This document shows, in pieces, positions 1 to 11,794 of a stretch of 64,000 bases of DNA. Position 1 is the first letter of the stretch; each line of letters opens with the position of its first letter. The translations under genes and the position numbers were made by a program. The stretch comes from Octopus sinensis. Lineage: Eukaryota. The notes beneath the pieces are model-generated. The model was not told the DNA's origin, did no database searches, and saw only the letters and a program-made list of their open reading frames with translations. The stretch is taken from NCBI RefSeq assembly GCF_006345805.1, contig NC_042997.1, positions 52,452,001-52,516,000 of the forward strand. Reading direction: 5' to 3'.

Positions 1-699
1 GAATAAACTCTGAAAACGTAACATCTTAGCTGGAAGAGCTGGTATTTTCATTCAGAAATGTCACCAGTAAATGTAGCTCTTTATGCAACATTACATATCT
101 CCAAGAAAAAGTGTGTTATATTAAATAAACCTTGATCACATTTCTTTTATGATTCCGTTTGTTTTCCTTCCATGAATATAGTTTCTTCCTAATGTTGTTT
201 GTCATGTGTCGTTCTCTTTACCAACCCTAGCTTTTCTTGTGTTTGGTTGTTGTCTTATTTTCTTTCGTTCTGTGTTTATTTTCAAGGATTTGTGGTTAAT
301 ATATACTAAGGTTTCCTTCTATTTCATTTATCTTTCTTTTTTTTTTTTTTTTTTTTTTTTGTCTTCCCTTTCCTCTCTGTAAAAAGAAAAAAATGCTGGC
401 TTATTAATTTAGCCTAAAGTGGGTACTCCCTTCTTGAATTTCAAAGCGAATTCTCCGCTTCCATTCTTCCCTTGATGAGGCAAAACAACAAGAAATTAAA
501 AACTGGGGTAATCGAGTGTAGCCTGGAAATTACATTATTTCGCCTACTCCTCCTTCCATTCCGATTTTCTCTGCCACATATTCCTCTCACTTGTCTCTTC
601 CTGCCTTTTCACCATCTTACAATGTTTCTTTCTCTTAGCTATTCATTTCTATCTCCTCAAACTCAAAGATTTAAAACTTTGACAACTTATTCCTTTATA

Positions 700-737
700 T
701 ATATATATTAAACATACAAATGCATACATATATATAA

Positions 738-779
<42 letters not shown>

Positions 780-811
780 TATATATATTATATATATATA
801 TATATATAAAT

Positions 812-881
<70 letters not shown>

Positions 882-882
882 A

Positions 883-915
<33 letters not shown>

Positions 916-948
916 AATACTACATATATATATATATATATATATATA

Positions 949-990
<42 letters not shown>
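700..990. repeat. (TA)n-based compound microsatellite
   Basis: Long TA runs interrupted by aatacatac-type units; source of the YI-repeat ORF 649..954. Confidence 0.95.
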
Positions 991-993
<3 letters not shown>

Positions 994-2517
994 CTCCTTT
1001 ATCTTTCTTAATCTTCATATTCTTTTCTTCTTTTCCTCTTGGTTTTCATGTTATTTTACACACTGGAGACAAAATACACACTCTCGCTCACAATAAAACA
1101 AACACAAACACACACACACACACACAACTTCCTTTCCCTCACTGCATCCAGCATGATATTCAAAAACATTGAAATGCTGTAACAGCATTGTGGTGTCTAT
1201 GATTTATCTCCATTACCAGTGTCTCTCTATAAGAGTCACTTCCTTCTCTATATCCTTATCTTCCCCCCCCCCTTTTTTTTTCTTCTTCTGTAACACTTTC
1301 CTGCCGCTCACATGCCTTTCTCCTTTAAGCATAGCCATTAGGTATTATATACTGTTGATAGGTGGCTGTGGTGAAGAAAGTCGATAACGATTATTTTAGT
1401 TGACAACTAGTATTTGAACTCTCTCTCTCTCACACTCTCTTATGTGCGTACATTCAATAGAAAAGAAAGAGGGGAAAATTTTGATTTATAGAAACAAACC
1501 CCGGTTAATCTGTTCCATTATGACCATACAGTTTCTCACTGTAGCACAAAGCTTTCTTGTAAAAGCAACAAGCGCAAAGAACAAGCTGTAACTGCCAAAT
1601 ACCTTTTCCATTCTTCCTCTTTTGACCATAGAACTGACCCAAAGTAAGACTTCTTTGTCTTAAGAAAAATTACTGTTATGATAACCTTATATGTTGGTTA
1701 TCATGCATATATTGAAACAGTGTGCTCCTGTTATGATTTAAACTTTTTGATGAGAAAAACAGATGATTCTGAATGTCATAGGTGGTTCTGCTAACTGGCA
1801 GTACAGTCTACTTCAATTTACCAGTTAGCCATGTGCCGACTACATTTCCTTTTCTTTGGATTTCCTAGTTTTTTTTTGTTTTTTTTTTTGTTGAATGTGT
1901 ATGCTCAGGAAATTACAGATTAAAGGTAGTCTTTGTAATTAACATGTTATTTTGATTACTGATGATCTATTTTAGAAGATAAATCTGAATAACTAACAAA
2001 ACTTAATCTGGTATCATTTAGCTGCAAAGAAGGATTTTTTTTTAAAGCTGAAAACTGGGAAAAGACATCAATCAGAATTTCAGAATGTTTAATTTTAAAG
2101 ATCTATGTGCTAGTGTCACACCAAAAAAGCACCCAGTACATGTTGTGAAGTGATTGACTTTTTGGAAGGACAGCTAGCCATAGAAGCCACGCCAATGTAG
2201 ACATTGAAGCATGATGTAGCCTTCAGACTCACTGGATCCTGTCACATCATCCAACCCATGAGTATGAATGTTAAACGATAATGATGAAAAAGAAAGAGAA
2301 AGAAATGGCATGGAATACTAAAAATAGCATAAGGATATAAAACAAAGAAACTGAAGATGATCTAGCAGTGCTTTTGAACCTACTCACCTGAAGAGATGCA
2401 GGTACATGGCTATTGTTGCATCATATTAATGCAATGATGTGAATATATATAAAATGTAGTGATTTGGTATAAAGCCTGTTCATTCCATCTTTTCACATTG
2501 AAATTCTTATATATGTA

Positions 2518-2556
<39 letters not shown>

Positions 2557-2606
2557 GTGTATGTATATATGTGTGTGTGTATGTGTGTGTGTGTGTATGA
2601 TAGATC

Positions 2607-2788
2607 GCTAGCCACTACACATTCTTTATTTTCTCTCCTTGTTTCTTTGTGTTCCTTTCTGTGGAAGAGCGTAGGCTCGAAACATTAAAGACTTTTTCAT
2701 TTCCCAAGCATTATACTAATACATCTGTTTGTTGTCTACACCACCTGTCTTCGTCTTTTGTTGTTGTTTTTTGTGAATTCTCCCTATA
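2607..2788 (+). mobile_element. Penelope-like (PLE) terminal repeat fragment, family B, with decayed minimal hammerhead
   Basis: cttt-CTGTGGA-A-gagc gtag gctc-GAAAC-AT-T-aaag at 2655-2690. The same repeat recurs at about 35015-35190 (+) and, lacking the ribozyme part, at about 19005-19106 (-). PLE assignment is inferred from the hammerhead plus T-rich tail. Confidence 0.6.
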
Positions 2789-2802
2789 CACACACACACA
2801 CA

Positions 2803-3665
2803 CAGGTGGGTAAATTGTCGCCATTATATATTTTTAATTTCTTGCTGCGCATTCTTTGTTTTTGATTTTGTTGACTACACAGTATAATAGGGTCCGTTAG
2901 GCAACGTCTGTGAGAAAAACAGCTCCATGACACAATTCACTCTGCCAGAAATTTGGAAACGACATGCTGTACTGCTTAGCATTCGTACCAGAAGCTCCAG
3001 TACGAACATTTCAGAGTGTTTCAGTGTCGGTCTGAGGACATATACCAAGAATGATCAAAATCAAACATCCAGTCAACACCATGGTGTTTGGAGTGATCAC
3101 CAGTGATGGGGACATTGTGCCTACATTGATCCTTCCACGCGGCCTCAGACTCAACACGGAGACCTACATCATGTGCCTGGGGGGGTTAGTGCTGCCTTGG
3201 GTGCAGAAGGTGGCTGCTGGAAGACCCTATGTCTGGCAACAGGACTCTACACCATGCCACACAAGCAGAAGAATTTAGTCATGGCTGTCAGACAATTTCT
3301 GCGACCACATTACTCCTAATATCTGGCCATCTAACTCCCCAGATTGCAACCCCCTTGATTGTTATGTGTGGGGTGCAGTTGAGCGAGAGACCAACAAAAC
3401 TCCTTGTAACACCAAAGCTGAACTGAAGGTAAGGATTATGGCAGCATTTGCCAACTTAAACAAGGAGACCATCCAGAAGGGTTGCAGGAGATTCCAAAGG
3501 CGTCTGGAGGTTGTGGTTGAAGCCAATGGCGATTTTATTGAATAAATTTAGTCTTTAGTATTTCAAGATTTTTTTATGTAATTTTCGTAATGAATTTGTT
3601 AAAATGAGATGTCACTTATTTTCATTTTTGCGTAATTTAGACAGCAGTTTATTCACCGCACCCTG
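2803..3665 (+). mobile_element. Internally deleted Tc1/mariner transposon, DD37D (maT-like), transposase pseudogene
   Basis: Translates as ...VWQQDSTPCHTSRRI*SWLSDNFCDHITPNIWPSNSPDCNPLDCYVWGAVERETNK...VVEANGDFIE*. There are 37 residues between the last two catalytic Asp and one in-frame TAG. The N-terminal stub at about 2923-3040 joins directly to the catalytic domain. Ends are degenerate CAGG(G)TG inverted repeats. Confidence 0.9.
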
Positions 3666-5454
3666 TATATATATATCAGTCATTTGAACACATAATACAA
3701 AATGAAAAGACATGTTCCCTCAACCTACTTCAGTCAGTCATGACCATCTTGTTTGTCTTAAGATGAGGTTCCAAATATCTAATATAACATCACGTGTTTG
3801 TTTTGTTTTTTTTTTTTAAGGCAATGGATACGATTTGAAGGAGGTTTGGTCGCTCTTCCTTACAGGTCAAGTTAACACTGTCTTTCACTTTGTAGTCGGC
3901 CATTTTTGTACCTAAATAAAAAAAAATAGCAATACATAAGCACACTTACATATTACTTTGAGAAATAGGATACATTAGAAAATGTATGTCTTGATAAAGA
4001 GAAAGAGGAGATGGTCACGACTGGAAGGCTTCCCTACTCAGTCACAGCTGATTTGAAGTTAAACAATAACTACAAGTTTTTGCAGCCAACAAGAAATGTT
4101 CTGCATTGATTCTCAACCCTTCCTCTCTCATTTACTCCCCTCAGTTTCATATGTTTCTCCATTCACCGTTTTACTCCTACGCAAAATTAAACACTAATGT
4201 CTATTAAAAAAAGAAAAGATGTCAGTTCAAGAACACTGCCTTTAAGATTGCGTGTTAGCGCTACTCGTGTGTGTATGTGTGTGTGCGCGCGCGCGCGTGC
4301 GCGTGTGTGTGTTCAAAGCAGTTGGCATGCAACAAACGACTGATATAATATATTGATTTCAATGCAAGCATGAAAAGTATATGTCTCATTGCAGTTATCA
4401 GCATAGATATTACATATAAAGCTATCAAATTTCAAAGAGAGGGAAACTCCACCTGGCTTGTTTTGTTAAAAACATTTTCTCTTTGAAATATACTTTTCTG
4501 ATATTTATCTTTCCTTGATTTTACATATATACATATGCATATATATCAATCTATCTATATATATATATATATATATATTATGTAAAAGTATTTCTCGAAC
4601 TTTTTAAATAGTTATGAACTTATCCATAAACTGCAAATGAAGCGTTTCTTATTGTAGTGTATAGCGTCCTGCCAGGTTTTGGTATCTACAGTTGTGGTAC
4701 TGGTTGTGGTAGGATGGTGGTGAATAGTTTAACAGATGAGATGAATAAGATGAAGAATGTTATAAATGGAAAGTAAAAAAAAAAAAGGAGAGAAAAATTG
4801 ATGTTGGTCGGGATCAGGAAAAAAAAAACAACACTCGTTAAATTCGAACCAATGTACAAACTTTTCCAGTATATGTATGCATGTAAGAAGTAGATAAAGA
4901 ACATTATGTATGAGTCTGTGTGCGCGTGCGTGTGTGTGTGAGAGAGAGAGATAGAGAGGGAGAAAGAGAGAGAGAGAGAGTTTGCATGGAAAAACGGCAT
5001 GAACTCTAGAAAAGGGCGAGGCAGTCTTAGAAGTTAGTGACATCAAAGAGATTATCTAAAACTTGCTGGCTGTAAGGAAGGAAGTACGAGGGAAGGGAGT
5101 GGTAGTTCCTTCGATAGCCATGAAAATGTTAGTCGGCAACATCAAAGGACAGTTTGTATAAAGAGCAGCTATAATTTTAGGATAAACCAGAAGAAACCGG
5201 TCAACGAGGCATTTTATTTGCGATGTTGTGCCAATCAGTACTGTCTGAAAAACACCAGCAGTCGTCAGTTAGAATGCCTTTACAGTGACACATTGCTGAT
5301 ATAAGTTACATACATACATACATGCACGCGCGCGCACAGACAATAATAGTGAAAAATAAAGTAAAATAAAAACGTAAAAGGTATACCGACATATTACACA
5401 TATTATTCAATACTGTTTCATTCAGGAAGCCGAAACTAATGTGCGCGCGTGCAA

Positions 5455-5501
<47 letters not shown>

Positions 5502-5927
5502 GATGTGATATCAACAGGAAACTCAGGATATCAACATAGTTTAGTTACATCTTCAAATGACTGGATAAATCCTATCCCATGTGCCCATGTATTGAGTACT
5601 ACTTTTCTCTGTGTTGCGCAATCAGACAAGTGCACATACACACATATATACACGTACACACTAGGTAGAAGCTGGTTATTCACTCCATCTCTGAATTTCT
5701 CACTGTGCTCTTATCAAATAACAAAAGATACTGTCTGAAAGAACACTTTAAACCAATAAATAAACTTTACTTACGTATATTGGTACTCTTTCTCCCTTTT
5801 ATGTATCTAAACGCTCATTCGTTCGTGTTTTTGGTGTATGTGCGTGTATTAAATACATGATATATATAATGTATTTATTTGTACGTGTGTGTGTATCCTT
5901 TTACAAGAAAAATCATACATACACACA

Positions 5928-5973
5928 CACAGTCTGATGAAGGCTAGAGGGCCGAAACTTCGTAGTCACAGTC
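5928..5973 (+). ncRNA. Type I hammerhead ribozyme motif (family C)
   Basis: acagt-CTGATGA-A-ggc tagagg gcc-GAAAC-t tcgt a-GTC|acagt. Canonical core, 3-bp stem II with an extra A after A9, closed stem III, GUC triplet. Stem I pairs at 4 of 5 positions. Confidence 0.65.
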
Positions 5974-6307
5974 AACATTTTTTTTATAAAAGGATAATAA
6001 ATACATATGTACAGAAAAAGTGCTGAGTAAATCCTTCAGTTTAATATATATATAGTTTTTTTTGTTTTTCTTTTTTGTAACTTCACATAAAAACAAGCAT
6101 TTAGATACAGACAGACTTTAAATTAAGCTAGGGCCTATGAAAGTAATCTGCCCCAGTTCCACAGAACTACTTCATAAACATACTTTGTGTCTTTTGCTTA
6201 TGTGTGGTAGATTTTTGTCGTTGTTTTGTTTTGTTTTCAGTCTTCATACATTTCTTCATTTCATGTACAAGGGACTACATGTATGTTTCCTGATTGAATA
6301 TATCTAT

Positions 6308-7102
6308 CAGTGGCGACTCCGGTTCTCGGACTGTTCGGGCTTAACCCGAGTATAAATTTAGTAAAGTGAACGTGTATTTACAAGTTGATTTAATTTCTGC
6401 TCACACTGACTTCAAGTGTGTAATTGTAGCCCATAACTCAGGCTCCTTTTATTGAGCCTGGTCGCAGTTGTTATTTTCGTTCAGCGTCTGGCAGTCGTCT
6501 TAGATGTATGGCGGTCGTCTGTGTCAAAAAATATCATTCGTAGCAGACGTTCTCTCGACATCGTTCACATGCACCTAACTCCGGTTCAGAAGTTACAGCC
6601 CTAAGTTGTTATCTATAGTCGTAAAAATTAAAAGTGATTCAAATTCAATTTTTTCTTAAAACAATAAATTTCTATAGAGATTAGGACTTAAATTCCAATC
6701 AATGAAAAGTTTTCATCCTACAATATTCTTAAAGGAACGAAATATTATTCAGCAATCGGGCAAATGCGAACGAGCCTTGCTTGTATGTGTAAAAGACTAA
6801 CTGGCATCTCTTGTCAAGAGTAAAGGCGACAGTCAGATCGCTGATGTTTGTTGTGCACCCTGTTATCGTTATTTGATTGCTGTTATTCTGTGGGTCTGTG
6901 TGTAAAGATCAGTTGTTTTGCAGGGTTGCTTTATTTTTACCCTTAACTTAGAAATAGAGAAAGACATAGTGCTTGATATAAAAAAATAAGCCATTTGGGG
7001 TTAGAAATATTGTAGGGAAACTTGAAATTCTTCGAGCAGGCATTGTCTTATGCGAAATCTATGAAGATCCCGAGTGACGCTGATGACCTGGAGTCGCTTC
7101 TG
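6308..7102. mobile_element. Non-autonomous hAT-type DNA transposon (MITE)
   Basis: TIRs cagtggcgactccgg / cagaagcgactccag (12/15). 8-bp TSD atatctat (6300-6307) / atatctgt (7103-7110). Confidence 0.75.
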
Positions 7103-7844
7103 ATATCTGTGTATATGTGTATATTCATGTGTGTGTGTGTGTACACTGTCAATGTGTATACATTTTAACACCCTCTCATCTCCCTGTCACTCATTTCCTT
7201 CTTTCCCTTATCTATTTCATTAATTTCTATCATTCATGTCATTTGTATAAAGATAGATGATAGGAAACCTGTGGATACTTTATCCCCATTTCATTCTACT
7301 TTTTCCCATCACAAATCCTATATATAACAGATTGCTTTAGATCTGTTATTCCCAATGTACTCTACCTCTACCCTTTCAGCACTGCCAGTCATCACTCACT
7401 CTCTCACCCCTAATCATACTAATCAATTGTACCATCATACTCGTCTTTCATCCACCCATTCTATTTGTTCTATCACTTTCTTGGTCACATTGTACACATT
7501 TAAGTGTCCTGAGTACTTTTAACTCCTTTGGGGTACAAAGAAACCCTTCTTGTGCTGGTGTTACAACATAATGCATCCGGTATACTTTCAAAGTGGGTAG
7601 TGAAAGAACCGCTTCTTTTCCTTCTCTCCCCACCCAAAGTTATCTGGTATTAGCATTCATTATCCACTCTTGTTATTAATGTTCCTCTATCCATCACTAC
7701 CACCTCTTCTGCCATCCTCTCATCCCAAGCACTCTGTTCCTACTAACCACAGCCCTTCTCCCCATCCACCCATCTTTGTTCTGTCATTACTCTCTCTTTT
7801 ATTTAGCTCCTCAGCCACATAAAACTGAGTGAAGAAACACTTAT

Positions 7845-8285
7845 AGAGTGACAATCCCACTATTGTTGGACCTTTATAAGGGACATAGGGCTGCTTTCCC
7901 TGTTTCTCAGGTGTAGATATTCCTCTCTGGATGGGACACCAGTCTTTTACAGAATTACACATTTTTACCAGTTCAGTGGGCTGGAGCAATGTGAAATGAT
8001 GTGTTCTCAAGAACAGCTATTCTCGTGTCTTCAGAGTACTTAAACACCAAATCTGAATCTTTCACAAAATGCAGTCAGTTAGACAAATATCAACTTAAAT
8101 TCTGAAAATTTACATCAGCACTAAACAGATCTACATTATGCTATTAAATAATCCCTTTTTCATTTGATTCAGCTTCCATTTCTCCTTATATTCAGTCAAA
8201 TCACCTGATTCAGGAATTGAAATTGCAATCTTACGATCATGAGTCCAGCACCTTAACCACTAAGCTATGTGCCTCCACAATCATA
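7845..8285 (-). mobile_element. Decayed tRNA-derived SINE fragments (CORE/V-like central domain)
   Basis: ctggagcaatgtgaaatgatgtgttctcaagaac central motif plus a tRNA-like head remnant near 8215-8280. The same motif occurs at about 21475-21545. Confidence 0.5.
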
Positions 8286-8771
8286 GTTAATAGCCTGTAA
8301 AAATTTATGAAACATTTTAGTGGGACTCATTTCACAGGGGAAAAAAGTTGTTTAAGATTCTGACTAGGAATAGTCACCTGGGGGTTTCATTAGATAAAAT
8401 AGTTGATCTAGGGACTGAACACTATCTAAATATTGTCTGGAAGTACAATATATCACCCAGTAACAATTAGGCTTAATCAGAAGTTATGATCAACTCATTA
8501 CTTAATGAAAGAAGGAAGTCAAGAGGTAAGGGAAATTGGATTCCATAATGAGCGCAGATGGTGTTATGTGTTTGCATGAATATGAACTAGCTTTGTGTAA
8601 GTAGCTTGTTCCATTGACTAAAAAAGATACTTGTCAAAGGGCACTTGCAAAAAATATTGTCTCCAATTCACAGTTTTTCAAGTTTTCTATTGGACATTTT
8701 TCTGATACTTCTTAGGCCAGTTGGTATATTGCTTGCTTCATATTAAAATTTTATTATTATTATTATTATTC

Positions 8772-8960
8772 GGCGGGCAAACTGCTTGGCAGCATTTCGT
8801 CCTTCTTTACGTTCTGAGTTCAAATTCAGCCAAAGTTGACTTTGCATTTCATCCTTTCGGAGTCGATAAAATAAGTACCGGTTGAGTACTGGGGTTGATA
8901 AAAATCAACTATCCCCTCCCCCAGAATTTCAAGCCTTGTGCCTTTAGTAGAAAGGATTAT
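8772..8960 (+). mobile_element. tRNA-derived SINE, family 2
   Basis: B-box-like gttctgagttcaaattc and body gcatttcatcctttcggagtcgataaaataagtacc, shared with the copies at 12.9, 13.3, 29.7, 51.3-52.1 and 59.2 kb. Confidence 0.85.
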
Positions 8961-9637
8961 TATTATTATGCTCCCAACTTTCCCCTTTCAACATTGTTAT
9001 CTCCTCTCACCTGCCTCCTAACTCATAAGTATTATTGGTCGTCCCTCGATCATTGCCCAATTTCTACAGTCATCATCTACTCCTTTTCCCCTACTTATCC
9101 TTCAACGCTTGTTCTTCATTATATTCACCCTCTTATCCATTTTCTGTTTCTAACCATCTTGCACTCCCACTTAACTGCCTGTCCTCCTCTCTCCACCCAC
9201 CACATAGCTTAAGGGTCCACCATGACATTGCATCACTACTATTTTGCCTCTTTCCAGCTCCACCCTCTTTTCTATAATACGAGTTGCCATGTAGCTCCTA
9301 TACTGTAAGAAATGTGTTCTGTTCTGGCCCTTTTTCTTATACTTTAACCCCTCACCCTCATTTCTTTGCATAAAGTGCCTCCTTCTCTACTGTAGCCTCA
9401 CTCACTTGAAGAGGAACTTAGTTTTCACAAGCTGCGTCACAACCTCATTAGTGCTGGTATCTAGAAAAAAATATCCTGTACATACTGTAAAAATGTTGAC
9501 ATTAGGAAGGGTGTGCAGCCCTAGAAACATACAAAAGCAGGCATAGAGTAGAGTCCGATCCTTGGACCCATTGTATCTTGTCAAAACCATCTGACAACCC
9601 ATGCCAGCATGGAATGTGAACATCAAATGATGACAAC

Positions 9638-9700
<63 letters not shown>

Positions 9701-10195
9701 ATACAATGGGTCCAAGGACTGCACTGTCCTCTCTCTCTCTACCTCTCTCTCTCTCCCCTCTCTCTCTCTCTCCCCTCTCTCTCTCTCTTTATATATATAT
9801 ATATATAACCCCATCAAACCAAGTGAATTTATAGTCGTGGCAGATACTGATGTCACTCAAGTGGCTCCGTACCGGTGGCACGTAAAAGCACCCATTACAC
9901 TCTCGGAGTGGTTGGCGTCAGGAAAGGCATCCAGCTGTAGAAACTATGCCAAATCACACTGGTGCAGCCCCTCAGTTTACCAGCCCTAGTCAAACCGTCC
10001 AACCCATGCCAGTATGGACAACGGACGTTAATTGATGATGATGAATTGGTTCCTTTCAGTTTCCATCTGTTAAATCCACTCGTGGCTTTGGTTGGCCCTG
10101 GGCTATAATAGAACATTCACCCAAGGTACCAGACGCTAGGACTGGACCCAACGCCACGTAAGAGGGAAGTGAACCTCTCATCATATACCCATGCC

Positions 10196-10253
<58 letters not shown>

Positions 10254-10259
<6 letters not shown>

Positions 10260-10807
10260 GAAATATTAAAATTACTAAGTCTCTATAAAAGAGATTATGG
10301 CAGCGTTTACTGGAAATTAATTGTTATCGCCATATTAATATGGCATTTTTATAGATATAAGAATAATCTCTGCCATGGTCAGCTCCATGAGGCCACCGCC
10401 ATCAAGATAGCTATTGATACACGATCTGTATCCATTATAACCTTCGAACAAGGGAGGTCAGCCGCTTCACACTGCCAGTCCGACAGCTACAGACGCGTTT
10501 CGGGGTATTGCCCCTTGTCAATGTAGCGCAGTCAGACCCGCAGGTGTCGCCACTGACGTCTCTGTTCGAAGGCTTATATTTACCTAGTTTCAGTGGAATA
10601 TATCCACTTGTTTTCAATAATAGAAATATTAAAATTACTAAGTCTCTATAAAAGAGATTATGGCAGCGTTTACTGGAAATTAATTGTTATCGCCATATTA
10701 ATATGGCATTCTTATAGATATAAGAATAATCGCTGCCATGGTCAGCTCCATGAGGCCACCGCCATCAAGATAGCTATTGATACACGATCTGTATCCATTA
10801 TAACCTT
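10254..10807 (-). mobile_element. Hammerhead-bearing 363-bp unit in about 1.5 tandem copies (retrozyme/PLE-like)
   Basis: 191-bp direct repeats at 10254-10444 and 10617-10807 (2 mismatches, period 363) flank a unique segment containing a hammerhead on the minus strand. The element abuts a (TA)n run. Confidence 0.8.
10486..10527 (-). ncRNA. Minimal type I hammerhead ribozyme (family D), U3-A8 covariant core
   Basis: Minus strand reads gctaca-TTGACAA-gggg caata cccc-GAAAC-gc-GTC|tgtagc: perfect 6-bp stem I, 4-bp stem II, palindromic ACGCGT stem III, GUC cleavage triplet. Confidence 0.85.
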
Positions 10808-10878
10808 ATAGGTATAAAAATTATATATAAAGAAACAAGAACGTGAAATACACAAAGGGACGAACACATTATATATAT

Positions 10879-11262
10879 CTTTACTCTTTTATTTGTTTCA
10901 GTCATTTGACTGTGGCCATGCTGGAGCACCACCTTTAGTCGAACAAATCGACCCCAGGACCTAGTACTTATTCTATGTCTCTTGCCGAACCGCTAAGTTT
11001 CGGGGATGTAAACACACCAGCATCGTTTGTCAGGCGATGTTGGGGGGGGGGCAAACACAGACACACAAACATACACACACACAGACATATATATACATAT
11101 ATAGGACGGGCTTCTTTCAGTTTCCATCTACCAAATACACTCACAAGGCTTTGATCGGCCCGAGGCTATAGTAGAAGACACCCAAGGTGTCACGCAGTAG
11201 GATTGAACCCAGAACCATGTGGTCCGCAAACAAGCTACTTACCTCACAGCCACTCCTACGCC
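10879..11262 (-). mobile_element. tRNA-derived SINE, family 1 (CORE-like, internal microsatellite)
   Basis: Reverse complement of the ggctgtgtggtaag...ccttgggtgtcttctactatagcc...gactgaaacaa consensus seen at 15728-16245. Confidence 0.9.
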
Positions 11263-11504
11263 TACACACACACTGAAAGGAGCCAATTCATCATCATCAT
11301 CATCATCAGTTAACCTCTGTTGTCCATGCTGGCATGGGTTGGACGGTTTGACCAGGTTTGGTAAACTGAGGGGCTGCACCAGTGTAATTTGGGATAGTTT
11401 CTACAGCTGGGCGCCCTTCCTAACGCCAACCACTCCAAGAGTGCAGTAGGCGCTTTTACGTGCGACCGGCATGCAACCACATGAGTGGCATTAGTATCTG
11501 TCAC

Positions 11505-11543
<39 letters not shown>

Positions 11544-11641
11544 CACCGGAGTAAACACATAAATGTGAAACAAGGTGGAAAAAAGAGTACTCAAATACCA
11601 GGGGTAGAGTAATATGCTTTATTTAAAAGCAGCAGAAATTC

Positions 11642-11694
11642 AACAAAACCTGTTACTCGGAGTTTCACGTTCCCGTTCGTCGGACAGTTTTGTT
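11642..11694 (-). ncRNA. Type I hammerhead motif (family A, left arm)
   Basis: Mirror copy of 11702-11754, with GTA|acaggttttgtt giving a Watson-Crick stem I (one bulged G). Confidence 0.65.
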
Positions 11695-11701
11695 AAAATA
11701 G

Positions 11702-11754
11702 AACAAAACTGTCCGACGAACGGGAACGTGAAACTCCGAGTAGCAGGTTTTGTT
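11702..11754 (+). ncRNA. Type I hammerhead motif (family A, right arm)
   Basis: aacaaaactgt-CCGACGA-acg ggaa cgt-GAAAC-t ccg a-GTA|gcaggttttgtt. Long stem I, GNRA-capped stem II; core has C at position 4. Confidence 0.65.
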
Positions 11755-11794
11755 GAATTCCTGCTGCTTTTAAATAAAGTATATATATATACAC

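Larger units (their letters stand above)
11545..11780. mobile_element. Palindromic PLE-like element, family A copy 1, with hammerheads on both strands
   Basis: 78-bp inverted arms at 11617-11694 and 11702-11779 (2 mismatches), a 7-nt spacer, and a tail of about 70 bp shared with copy 2 at 49.5 kb. Embedded in (TA)n. Confidence 0.85.

Noticed and set aside
1788-1828. 9-bp stem gctaactgg/ccagttagc
   Set aside because: Too short for a pre-miRNA and expected by chance.
2389-2460. Strong minus-strand donor cag|gtgagt
   Set aside because: No convincing acceptor or reading frame upstream on that strand.
9000-9090. SLDHCPIS motif resembling the APE endonuclease SDH motif
   Set aside because: Too short, and there is no supporting flanking homology.
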